30,478 nt of DNA. Origin: Acetobacteraceae bacterium. GTDB lineage: Bacteria; Pseudomonadota; Alphaproteobacteria; Acetobacterales; Acetobacteraceae. Shown here one piece after another: positions 8,375 through 16,290 of this stretch. Location of the stretch: contig JBOHMK010000164.1 in the NCBI GenBank assembly GCA_050730115.1, forward strand, positions 1 to 30,478, written 5' to 3'. Both the position numbers and the translations under genes were made by a program. Positions within the stretch are counted from its first letter, which is position 1. The number at the start of each line of letters is the position of its first letter. The notes under the pieces are model-generated. The model did no database searches. It saw only the letters and a list, made by a program, of their open reading frames with translations, and was not told the DNA's origin.

Positions 8375-8685
8375 GGCGGAGTGTCCCAGTCCGCCGTAAC
8401 TACATCGAGTCCGGGGCCCGGCATCTCGGCCCCGATGGCCTCACGCACCCCGCCGAGCAGGCCGGTGATGGAATTGGCTCCCTGTGGTGGCCGGCCGGCA
8501 GCAGCGCGCGTCGCGGTCTGCAGAAGCCATCGCGCCGGCCGCCGCCCCGGCCCCGCCGGCATCACCAGGCAGGAACCCGCCGCGGCACGGACCGCAATTC
8601 CGTCCGCTTCCGCAACGCAACGACCCTCCACCCCCCACACGAGGAGGCAGTCCTGAAGCAGGTTGGCAAGCTCGGCACGGCTCAC
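8371..8685 (-). CDS. Hypothetical protein (104 aa), overlapping both neighbours
   Basis: GTG 8685 overlaps the hydantoinase TGA and its own TGA overlaps the CobW GTG; it fills the gap exactly (VSRAELANLLQDCLLVWG...WDTPP). Confidence 0.7.
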   Translation of the reverse strand: MSRAELANLLQDCLLVWGVEGRCVAEADGIAVRAAAGSCLVMPAGPGRRPARWLLQTATRAAAGRPPQGANSITGLLGGVREAIGAEMPGPGLDVVTADWDTPP

Positions 8686-10106
8686 AGCGCCGGCCCCGCC
8701 CTGACCCAATCGGGGATCCGGCGCGGCAGCCAGATCCCGTCCGAGGGGGTGGCATGCAGCACGCCTCGGTCCACCGCGACTTTGCCGCGCAGGATCGTCG
8801 TCTCCGGCCAGGCCGAGACCTCCTGGCCCTCCCACGGCGAATAGTCAGCCTCGTGCAGTTCGGCCGCCCTCAGCGTGCGCGGCTTCGGGTCGAGCACGGC
8901 AAGGTCTGCATCCGACCCGACCTGGATCGCGCCCTTGCGCGGATACAGCCCCATCAATTTCGCCGCGTTGCTCGACACGAGATCGACGAACTCGGAGAGT
9001 GCATAGCCCCGCTTCGTCACCATCTCGGTGTACATCAGCGCGACGCGCGGCTCGATGCCGGCATTGCCGCCGGTGGTGTCGTCGATTCGTTGCCCCTGGG
9101 TCTTTTTCTTGAGCGTGCAGCAGATCGCGTCGGTCGCGATGCTGCTGATCGCACCATCCCGTGTTCCCGCCCAGAGCGCCATCTGGTCGCGCGGCGACTT
9201 CAGGGATGGGTAGGTGTGGAAAATCTGGCCGTTCGGCCGGCGGTAATCCGCGCTCGAATAGAGCATGTACTGGTGCAGGGTCTCGCCATAGACGGGCAGG
9301 CCCCGGGCGCGCGCATCGCGGATTGCGGTGACCCCGCTGGCGGCGCTCACATGCATCATGTAGAGCGCAGTGCCGGGCACGCTCTCGGCCAGGCGGATCA
9401 CACGCCGGAACGACAAATCTTCCGAGAGCGTATTGTGCACCTCGGCCATGTTCTGGAAGCCGGCACGGCCCTCGCGGATCAGGCGGCCGTACATGTGCAT
9501 GACGATATCGTTGTCCTCGGCATGGATCACGCCCAGCCCGCCCGCCTCCGCGAGCACCTGGAAAACCTCCCAGAGATCCCCGAATTTTACCATCCGGCCG
9601 CGTCGCGAAGGGGTGATATCCGTAGTGAAGATCTTCACTGTCGCGTGGCCTTCGGCAATCGCCTGGGCGAGGTCGCGCGGGATTTCGGGCGGCAGATCCC
9701 CCTCGATCATGATGTGCCATGCATAGTCGGCGTGGCAGGCTCCCTGCCACTCGGCGCGGCATGCCGCGATCGCTTCGGCGATCGTACGGCCGTGCGTCCA
9801 GCGCACGAAATCGATGATCGTGGTGGTGCCCCCGAACAATGCCGCCCGGCTCACGACCGCCGGCGGATCCGAAACGCTCCAGCTTCCGTCCGGGTTCGGC
9901 AGCGGCCAGGCGCAGTGGACGTGCGGATCGATGCCGCCGGGAATGACGATCTTGCCCGTGGCATCGATCAGGCGCGTCCCGTCACCCGAGGCCAACGTTC
10001 CGGGCGCGGCAACCGCTGCAATCCTTCCCTCGGCAATGCCGATGTCGGCGGCAATCACGCCGCCTGGAACAACCACCCGGTCCGACCGTAGCACCAGGCC
10101 CGGCAT
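8682..10106 (-). CDS. Dihydropyrimidinase/D-hydantoinase-like cyclic amidohydrolase
   Basis: PGGIDPHVH, GGTTT, TVKIF (carboxylated Lys position), IHAED, MMHVS, ATD, KGAIQVGSDAD, YSPWEG; GGGGAGGA RBS. Confidence 0.92.
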   Translation of the reverse strand: MPGLVLRSDRVVVPGGVIAADIGIAEGRIAAVAAPGTLASGDGTRLIDATGKIVIPGGIDPHVHCAWPLPNPDGSWSVSDPPAVVSRAALFGGTTTIIDFVRWTHGRTIAEAIAACRAEWQGACHADYAWHIMIEGDLPPEIPRDLAQAIAEGHATVKIFTTDITPSRRGRMVKFGDLWEVFQVLAEAGGLGVIHAEDNDIVMHMYGRLIREGRAGFQNMAEVHNTLSEDLSFRRVIRLAESVPGTALYMMHVSAASGVTAIRDARARGLPVYGETLHQYMLYSSADYRRPNGQIFHTYPSLKSPRDQMALWAGTRDGAISSIATDAICCTLKKKTQGQRIDDTTGGNAGIEPRVALMYTEMVTKRGYALSEFVDLVSSNAAKLMGLYPRKGAIQVGSDADLAVLDPKPRTLRAAELHEADYSPWEGQEVSAWPETTILRGKVAVDRGVLHATPSDGIWLPRRIPDWVRAGPAL

Positions 10107-10202
10107 CCGTTCCTCCCCGCTCCCTTGCCATGCTGGCAGCTTTCGCCTGCTCCGTCACCGCGCCGGGTTGCGGGATCGGGCCGCATCGGGAAAGCTTCCC
10201 GC

Positions 10203-11381
10203 ATGGACACCGAAACCTTCGATGCGATCGTGATCGGCGCCGGCATGGCGGGCGCGACGGCCGCCGCACATCTCGCGGCCGACCACCGCGTGGTGATGTT
10301 GGAGGCGGAAGAGGCTGCCGGATACCATTCCACCGGCCGCTCAGCGGCGATGTACATCGTCACCTACGGCCCGCCCGACGCCCGCGCGCTCACGCGCCTG
10401 TCGCGCGATTTCTTCGTCAGCCCGCCGCCGGGCTTCTGCGATCATCCGCTGCTCAGCCGCCGCGCCGCGGTGTTTCTTGCCCGGCCCGGCGAGACTGCCG
10501 AAATCGATCGCCTGGTGGCGGAAGTGCCGGGCGTGCGCGCGATCGCGATCTCCGAGCTGAAGGTCATGGTGCCAGCGCTGAAGCCTGACTACGCGGCGGC
10601 CGCCGCCCTCGAGGAAGATGACTTCGATATCGATGTTGCGGCCCTGCACCAGGGATTTCTGCGACGCTTCGCCGCTTCCGGCGGCGTGCTTCTACTCCGG
10701 AGCCGCGCTCAGAGGATCGAGCGGCGCGGCGGGGCGTGGGAGGTTGGAATGGCGAGCGGCACGGCCGTTCGCGCGAGCGTGCTGGTGAATGCCGCCGGTG
10801 CCTGGGGCGATGAAGTGGCGAAGATTGCCTCCGTCCGTCCGCTCGGGCTTTCCCCCTGCCGGCGTACCGGAGTGATCATCGATCCGGCACCATTCGCGCC
10901 CGAGCACTGGCCGCTGATCCACGATGTCGGCAGCACCTGGTATGTGCGGCCCGAGGCGCGCACGCGCCTGATGGTCTCTCCGGCCGACGAGACTCCGGTT
11001 CCGCCGCAGGACGTGCAGCCGGAAGAGTTGGATATCGCGATTGCCATCGAACGGATGCAGGAAGCGCTTGAGATTCCCGTGAGAAGGGTCGAGCGGAGCT
11101 GGGCGGGGCTGCGTACCTTCACCCCCGATCACAATCTTGCCTTCGGGTGGGACGGGGAGGCTCCCGGCTTCTTCTGGTGCGTGGGGCAGGGTGGCTGGGG
11201 CATCCAGACTGCGCCGGCGGCCGGGCGGCTGGTTGCCGATGTGATTGCCGGGCGCGATCCCGGGCCTGCCGGCCGGATCCTGGCCACGATTGATCCGCGC
11301 CGATTCACGAAGGCAAACACTGGCGGCGTGGTCGCCGGATCGGGAGGGGCAGCTCATAACTTGACTGAGACAACCAATTAG
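10203..11381 (+). CDS. FAD-dependent DAO-family oxidoreductase (D-arginine dehydrogenase DauA-like)
   Basis: VIGAGMAG, STGRSAA, VNAAGAW, SPADETP, WAGLRTF, GQGGWGIQTAPA. Confidence 0.9.
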   Translation: MDTETFDAIVIGAGMAGATAAAHLAADHRVVMLEAEEAAGYHSTGRSAAMYIVTYGPPDARALTRLSRDFFVSPPPGFCDHPLLSRRAAVFLARPGETAEIDRLVAEVPGVRAIAISELKVMVPALKPDYAAAAALEEDDFDIDVAALHQGFLRRFAASGGVLLLRSRAQRIERRGGAWEVGMASGTAVRASVLVNAAGAWGDEVAKIASVRPLGLSPCRRTGVIIDPAPFAPEHWPLIHDVGSTWYVRPEARTRLMVSPADETPVPPQDVQPEELDIAIAIERMQEALEIPVRRVERSWAGLRTFTPDHNLAFGWDGEAPGFFWCVGQGGWGIQTAPAAGRLVADVIAGRDPGPAGRILATIDPRRFTKANTGGVVAGSGGAAHNLTETTN

Positions 11382-11397
11382 TTGACAAAAGCAGTCA
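11361..11397 (+). promoter_or_regulatory. Candidate promoter and MarR operator of the MarR-GNAT gene
   Basis: AT-rich patch with the near-palindrome TTGACT-G-AGACAA (11361-11373) and a second TTGAC at 11382, 25-60 bp upstream of ATG 11422. Confidence 0.45.
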
Positions 11398-11421
11398 TGT
11401 CCCACATGACCGGAAGCCCCG

Positions 11422-12351
11422 ATGGACGACCTCGCCCTGGCTCAACGCACGACCGCGATCCGTCGTTTCAATCGCTTCTACACGCGGCAGATCGGCGCCC
11501 TCGAAGAAGGATTGCTGCGGAGCCCGTTCTCTCTGACCGAGGCCCGGGTCCTCTACGAGCTGGCCCATCGTCCGCCCTCAACCGCCTCTGTCATTGCCCG
11601 CGACCTGGCGCTCGACCCCGGCTATCTCTCGCGAATCCTGTCCCGTTTCGAGGGCCGTGGACTGATTTCCCGCGGCTTCTCCGGCGGCGACGGAAGGCAG
11701 AGCCGTCTGCAGCTGACCGAAGCAGGCCAAGCGGCCTTCGCGCCGCTCGACGAGGCCGCCAACTCCTCGGTCGGCGCGGTCCTCGCCCACCTCCCTGAGG
11801 CCGGCCAGCAGCACCTCGTCGCCGCCATGACGACGATCCGAACCTTGCTCGGCGATCCGGAGGATCCCGATCCGGCCGTCATCTTCCGAGCGCCCCGCGC
11901 CGGCGATTACGGCTGGGTGGTGCATCGTCAGGGTGCGCTCTACGCCTCCGAATACGGCTGGGACCAAACCTTCGAGGCGCTGGTGGCCGAAATCGTCGCC
12001 GCTTTCGTGCAAAAATTCGATGCCCGCGGCGACGCCTGCTGGTTGGCCGAGAGGGCAGGGGAAATCGTCGGCTCGATTTTCCTGGTCCGCGAATCCGATC
12101 AGGTGGGCAAGCTTCGCCTGCTCTATGTCGAGCCGGCAGCGCGTGGCCTCGGCATCGGGCGTCGCCTCGTCGGCGAATGCATCGCCGGCGCGCGTCGTGC
12201 GGGCTATGCCCGGCTTACTCTCTGGACCAACGATGTGCTCGTCTCCGCGCGTCGCATCTATGCCGCCGCCGGATTTCGTCTCGTTCGGGACGAAAAGCAC
12301 CACTCCTTCGGCAAGGATCTTGTTGGTCAGTTCTGGGAGCTTGCTCTCTGA
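11422..12351 (+). CDS. MarR HTH-GNAT acetyltransferase fusion
   Basis: N-terminal IRRFNRFYT...SLTEARVLYEL...LDPGYLSRIL...DGRQ; C-terminal LRLLYVEPAARGLGIG...LWTNDVL...ARRIY. Confidence 0.95.
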   Translation: MDDLALAQRTTAIRRFNRFYTRQIGALEEGLLRSPFSLTEARVLYELAHRPPSTASVIARDLALDPGYLSRILSRFEGRGLISRGFSGGDGRQSRLQLTEAGQAAFAPLDEAANSSVGAVLAHLPEAGQQHLVAAMTTIRTLLGDPEDPDPAVIFRAPRAGDYGWVVHRQGALYASEYGWDQTFEALVAEIVAAFVQKFDARGDACWLAERAGEIVGSIFLVRESDQVGKLRLLYVEPAARGLGIGRRLVGECIAGARRAGYARLTLWTNDVLVSARRIYAAAGFRLVRDEKHHSFGKDLVGQFWELAL

Positions 12352-12372
12352 GTACGTGATGCCCGACCGACG

Positions 12373-12624
12373 TCACCCTCGGTGCGGTTCCTCGAGATTG
12401 CGGTCGATCGAAAGCCGTAACTTCTCGACCATCGCCATGGTCTCCGGATCGAATGCCTCGACCGCGCTCAAGACGGTCTGACAGACTTCTCTCAGCGCGA
12501 GCAGAACCGCGTGCTCGGCGCCGAGCGCAAGTGCCTCGCGCATGGTCCCGGCATGCCCGGCATGCCCCTGTCCCGTGAGCCGTTCGGCAACCCGTTCGGC
12601 TGCCTTCCTGGTGTTCTCGCTCAT
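12373..12624 (-). CDS. Hypothetical protein (83 aa, predicted helical)
   Basis: Fills the gap downstream of the ThDP beta subunit gene on the same strand, with protein-like composition. No family recognised. Confidence 0.6.
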   Translation of the reverse strand: MSENTRKAAERVAERLTGQGHAGHAGTMREALALGAEHAVLLALREVCQTVLSAVEAFDPETMAMVEKLRLSIDRNLEEPHRG

Positions 12625-12645
12625 CTTGCGGGTGACGGCGCTCCC

Positions 12646-13260
12646 TCAGTCGTGCCCGAGAAGCGCATCGCGGAACCGCTCACGGCAAACGGCCGCAGAG
12701 AGGTTGCGCTTGTAGAGCGCCGGCGGGCCTTCCTTGACGCGCAGCAGGACGAACGAAGTCGCGTTGTGGTCACGGAGCGCCTGCGCTCCGGCGGCAAGAT
12801 CGGCTTCGGTATTCACCGTCCTGACCACCCGGATCCCTGATCCCGCGGCGATCCGGTCGAGCTGTACGCCGAGCGCAGTGTGGCTCTTCTGATTGCCCGT
12901 TTCACCGTAGTGCCCGTTATCGACACAAAGAATCGAAAGGTTGGGAGGATCGAGGATCGCGATCGTGGCCAGCGTCCCGACATTCATCAAGAGTTCGCCG
13001 TCCCCGGTGACGACCAGCACGCGGCGCTTCGGTTGGGCGAGCGCCAGCCCCAGACCCATCGCCTGCGCGCCGCCCATCGCACCGGCCATGGTATAGACAT
13101 GCGGGCCGTCTCCGGTCAGCGCGGCGATATCCTTGGCGGTACCCGCAAGGCCGGTGACGATCAGAAAATCCTGGTGGCGGCCGATCACCGCCGGCACGGC
13201 CTCGCGGCGATCCAGAACAAACATCGGCGCCTTTGGCACGGTTCCGGCTTGCGGATCCAT
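12646..13260 (-). CDS. ThDP-dependent decarboxylase beta subunit (ComE/phosphonopyruvate decarboxylase-like)
   Basis: GAMGGA, ThDP motif GDGELLMN...DNGHYGETGNQ. Confidence 0.9.
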   Translation of the reverse strand: MDPQAGTVPKAPMFVLDRREAVPAVIGRHQDFLIVTGLAGTAKDIAALTGDGPHVYTMAGAMGGAQAMGLGLALAQPKRRVLVVTGDGELLMNVGTLATIAILDPPNLSILCVDNGHYGETGNQKSHTALGVQLDRIAAGSGIRVVRTVNTEADLAAGAQALRDHNATSFVLLRVKEGPPALYKRNLSAAVCRERFRDALLGHD

Positions 13261-13358
13261 CTCAGCCTTTCCACATCACACCGCACGCGGTGCGGCCTTC
13301 TCGTCGCGTGTCCCCGCCCGGCCGGGGGGCGGACCGAAACCAGTCCGCTCCGAGCCGC

Positions 13359-13405
13359 CCGTAGCTTACTGGCTCCGTAGCTTACTGGCTCCGTAGCTTA
13401 CTGGC
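13359..13405. repeat. 16-bp tandem repeat CCGTAGCTTACTGGCT, about 3 copies
   Basis: Exact copies at 13359-13374 and 13375-13390, plus 15/16 at 13391-13405. The unit contains the lipoprotein stop codon (TAA on the minus strand). Confidence 0.95.
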
Positions 13406-13649
13406 CGATGACCGGGCGCCCAAGATTGATCGTGTTCGGGTTCGTCAGCGCACCGCCCAATGCACCGACGGCGCCGCCGATCAGCGCTCCGGTCGCAGCA
13501 CTGCCGCCGGTCGCAGCGCCGATGACCGCGCCGGTGCCGGCGCCGATCGCCCCACCCGAAAGAGCCCGAGTACCCGGTTCTTGGCCGCATGCCGCAAGGC
13601 CGAGCGCGAGCCCGGCGAGGACGATGGCTGTCAGAATCTTGCGCTGCAT
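13398..13649 (-). CDS. Small glycine-zipper lipoprotein
   Basis: Lipobox LAAC after a hydrophobic signal; GGAIGAGTGAVIGAATGG...GALIGGAVGALGG; GGAGGA RBS. Confidence 0.88.
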   Translation of the reverse strand: MQRKILTAIVLAGLALGLAACGQEPGTRALSGGAIGAGTGAVIGAATGGSAATGALIGGAVGALGGALTNPNTINLGRPVIGQ

Positions 13650-13790
13650 GAGGATCCTCCGGTTGCGATTTCGAGGTCCGTCTGGAAGCTCTATCTCCAA
13701 ACTCATGATGCCAATGTCAAGCGATCGCGAGGGGGCGGAAATCCGACCCCGGCGTGACCTTTCCGCGCCGTGTCAGCGCCCGGGCGCCGG

Positions 13791-13925
13791 CTAGTGTCCT
13801 GCCCCCGACGTTTGTTGCCTGTGGCAACAAACGTAAGGGGATCAGCAGGCCACTGAAAATAAAGGCTAGTGTGCCGACCATGGAGGCCTCTCGATGAGCA
13901 CCAGGTGTCAGAATCGGCACACTAG
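13791..13925. repeat. CTAG-bounded bipartite palindromic intergenic element (RIME/REP-like)
   Basis: Arm 1 has the perfect stem ACGTTTGTTGCC-tgt-GGCAACAAACGT (13808-13834) inside CTAGTGTCCTG...CAGGCCACT. An A-rich linker follows, then arm 2 CTAGTGTGCCGA (13866-13877)...TCGGCACACTAG (13914-13925). Confidence 0.8.
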
Positions 13926-14476
13926 AATTGCTTGGCACCGATCAGCTTCTGAGTGAGCAGCACCGCGACGGCCTGGCCTGACTGGAATGCCATCGTCAAC
14001 GCCGCGGCAACCGTCGGCACCACTTCGTCCCTGCGCTCGGCGCGCAGGCACACGACCCCCATCGCTTCCAGCACCGGCTGCACCGCCTGACCCATCGGGA
14101 ACTGCCACGGATTCCCCTCACCGAATTCGCCGCGCATGCTGACGAGCGTAAGGAACGGAAACCGTGCACCCTTGATCAGCGACAGCATGTTGATGCAATT
14201 GCCGACCCCGCTGCTCTGCATCAACAGCACGCCGCGTGCACCACCGAGATCCGCACCGGCCAGCAGGGCCACACCTTCCTCTTCCGTGGTCAGTGCAACC
14301 GATTGCGCGCCGGGATCGGCGAGCGAGCGGTCGATCAGCACGCGATGCCCGGCGTCGGGCACATAGGCGAACTGCACGACACCGTGCCGGCGCAGAAGAT
14401 CGTAGATCTCGTCCTGCCACGAGCGCTCAGCGCGTGTCGTCTCCACGGACGTCGTCACGCTCGTATCCGCCGCCAC
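13922..14476 (-). CDS. ThDP-dependent decarboxylase alpha subunit (ComD/phosphonopyruvate decarboxylase-like)
   Basis: YVPDAGH, TTEEEGV, LLMQSSGVGNCINML, SMRGEFGEGNPWQ; GTG start with CAGGAG RBS. Confidence 0.9.
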   Translation of the reverse strand: MAADTSVTTSVETTRAERSWQDEIYDLLRRHGVVQFAYVPDAGHRVLIDRSLADPGAQSVALTTEEEGVALLAGADLGGARGVLLMQSSGVGNCINMLSLIKGARFPFLTLVSMRGEFGEGNPWQFPMGQAVQPVLEAMGVVCLRAERRDEVVPTVAAALTMAFQSGQAVAVLLTQKLIGAKQF

Positions 14477-14605
14477 GCCGGCTTCTCCTGCCGTTCGCCT
14501 CGCCGCCCCGTAGCACGCCTGCTGTCACTCCGACAGAGACTCGCTTCCGGTTGGGGCGGATCATGCAGCAGCGAAACCCGGCACCGCCGACGGTGTCATC
14601 CACAT

Positions 14606-15391
14606 TCACGCACTGCGATGCCAGGCCTGCACGAACGCGGCAACGTCCCGCTCCGAGCGGCCGACCGCCCAATACTCGATCCCGCCCTCGCGCCAGTAAC
14701 TCAGCGCAAAGCCCGCTGTATGGAGCTGCTCGGGCGGCGTCGGCAGATGCGCTTCCGGCCAAGTGTAAAGCTCGATCGTCCCGCCCGCATGTGCGTAGTC
14801 GATGACGGCGACCGGCCGATGATGCAGATAGTCGAGCCGGCCGCCTGCCAGCGCAAACCCGGCTGGCACCCTGACCGGGGGCGCGAAGCCCATCCGGGTC
14901 TGGAACCATTGCGCAAGTTCCAGCGGTTGGGTGCTCCGGAGGTCGAACAGATGTCCGGGCTGAAACGCCCGCTCACTCGCCGTCGCCACTTCGGCCGCTA
15001 CGCGGCGATCTTCCGGGAGCGGGGAGGGGAGCAGCATCACTGCAAGCAGTGCGGCGATGGCCGCTCCGGCAGCGAAGCCGCCGCCTACCGGCATCAGCCA
15101 TTGCCAGCGCCAGCGAATCCGCTGCGATGCAACCGGAGTGGCCGTTTTCCCGCCCACCTGCCGCTGCACCGCTTCCCTGAGGGCGGCCGGCGCCTGATAC
15201 CGCGGCAGCTCGCGCCGGAGCGCTGCCTTGAGTGCGCGCAACTCCTCGAGCAGCCGCTGGCACTCGTCACAGCCGGCGACGTGCAGTGCCAGGTCGGCCG
15301 CCTGCACGGCGTCCAGCTCGCCGTCGAGATCGGCCTGGATCAGCACCCCCAACGCGTCGGTGTGTGGGGCGTCGGTGTGTGGCACCGTCAT
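14606..15391 (-). CDS. Zinc-finger (HxxxCxxC) transmembrane anti-sigma factor
   Basis: LDGELD...HVAGCDEC, one TM helix, periplasmic GFALAGGRLDYL domain. ATGA overlap with the sigma stop. Confidence 0.9.
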   Translation of the reverse strand: MTVPHTDAPHTDALGVLIQADLDGELDAVQAADLALHVAGCDECQRLLEELRALKAALRRELPRYQAPAALREAVQRQVGGKTATPVASQRIRWRWQWLMPVGGGFAAGAAIAALLAVMLLPSPLPEDRRVAAEVATASERAFQPGHLFDLRSTQPLELAQWFQTRMGFAPPVRVPAGFALAGGRLDYLHHRPVAVIDYAHAGGTIELYTWPEAHLPTPPEQLHTAGFALSYWREGGIEYWAVGRSERDVAAFVQAWHRSA

Positions 15392-15927
15392 CTGGCCCAA
15401 CTCCGTTCGGCTTCCTTGATCAGGATCCGCCGCGCGCGCCAGAGCCGCGACATCACGGTGCCGATAGGAACCCCGGTGACATCGGCGATCTCCTGATAGC
15501 TCATCTCCTCGAATTCACGCAGCACGATACATTCCTTGAGATCTGGCGGCAGCCTCGCCAGCATCTGTTCGAGTCGCTCCTGCCCCTCCCCTTTCACTAT
15601 TGCTGCTTCCGGATCATCCGCCGGATCGGCGGTCTCCTGGTATTGCCGCTCCTGGTCGGCCTCCATGGGCTGCGGGCCGCGCCGCCGCTCTGCCAGCCAG
15701 TTGTATGCCGTATTGCGCACGATCTTCAGCAGCCAGGCGCGCGCATTCTCACCGCGGAATGTCGCGAAGTGATCAAGCGCGCGCAGGATTGCCGTTTGCA
15801 CAACATCGTCCGCTCCGGTCATGTCACGCACCAGCCAGCGCGCGAGGTTGTACGCCGCATCGAGATGTGGCAGCATCAGATTGGCAAACGATGCCTCGGC
15901 GCCGCTCACCTTCGCCCGCCGAACCAT
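15388..15927 (-). CDS. ECF sigma-70 factor
   Basis: HLDAAYNLARWL, ADDVVQ, RAWLLKIVRN, SYQEIADVTGVPIGTVMSRLWRAR. Alternative GTG start at 15909. Confidence 0.95.
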   Translation of the reverse strand: MVRRAKVSGAEASFANLMLPHLDAAYNLARWLVRDMTGADDVVQTAILRALDHFATFRGENARAWLLKIVRNTAYNWLAERRRGPQPMEADQERQYQETADPADDPEAAIVKGEGQERLEQMLARLPPDLKECIVLREFEEMSYQEIADVTGVPIGTVMSRLWRARRILIKEAERSWAR

Positions 15928-15952
15928 GGCCGCACGAATTGCCGCAAGAAGC

Positions 15953-16285
15953 TCATTGCACGACGACCGACCCCTGCATGTAGGGGTGAACGCCGCAATA
16001 ATAGCCGAACGTTCCGGTCCGGGCGAAGGTGAGGGAGAAGCTTTGCCCGGTATCGAGCACCTCGGAGTGGAAGGTCTTTCCGCGATCGTCGCTGAGCACG
16101 CTGTGCGGATCGCCGTCCTTGTTGATCCAGGTCACCTTGTCCCCCGGATGAATCGTGACCTTGGCCGGCATGAACATGTGCTGGTCGATCACGACCTCTA
16201 GATCCGCTGCCATGGCACCGACGGGTGCGCCGAACTGTGCCACCGCGAGTGCGGCGGCAAGGAGGAGAGAACGCATGGGAGGCAT
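15953..16285 (-). CDS. Secreted cupredoxin (amicyanin/plastocyanin-like)
   Basis: Signal peptide; VTWIN...PHSV and YYCGVHPYMQG supply type-1 copper ligands H, C, H, M. Confidence 0.93.
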   Translation of the reverse strand: MPPMRSLLLAAALAVAQFGAPVGAMAADLEVVIDQHMFMPAKVTIHPGDKVTWINKDGDPHSVLSDDRGKTFHSEVLDTGQSFSLTFARTGTFGYYCGVHPYMQGSVVVQ

Positions 16286-16290
16286 CGCCT

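Noticed and set aside
6542..10091. 704-aa and 535-aa plus-strand ORFs
   Set aside because: Antisense to well-supported minus-strand genes; no recognisable domains.
13311..13350. Intrinsic terminator after the lipoprotein gene
   Set aside because: GC hairpins are possible (GCGGAC...GTCCGC) but there is no U-tract on the relevant strand.
13359..13405. Mini CRISPR array
   Set aside because: Units are directly adjacent with no spacers, are only 16 bp long, and there are no cas genes.
13717..13938. 73-aa ORF with a hydrophobic stretch
   Set aside because: Runs through the palindromic element and has no RBS; better explained as non-coding.
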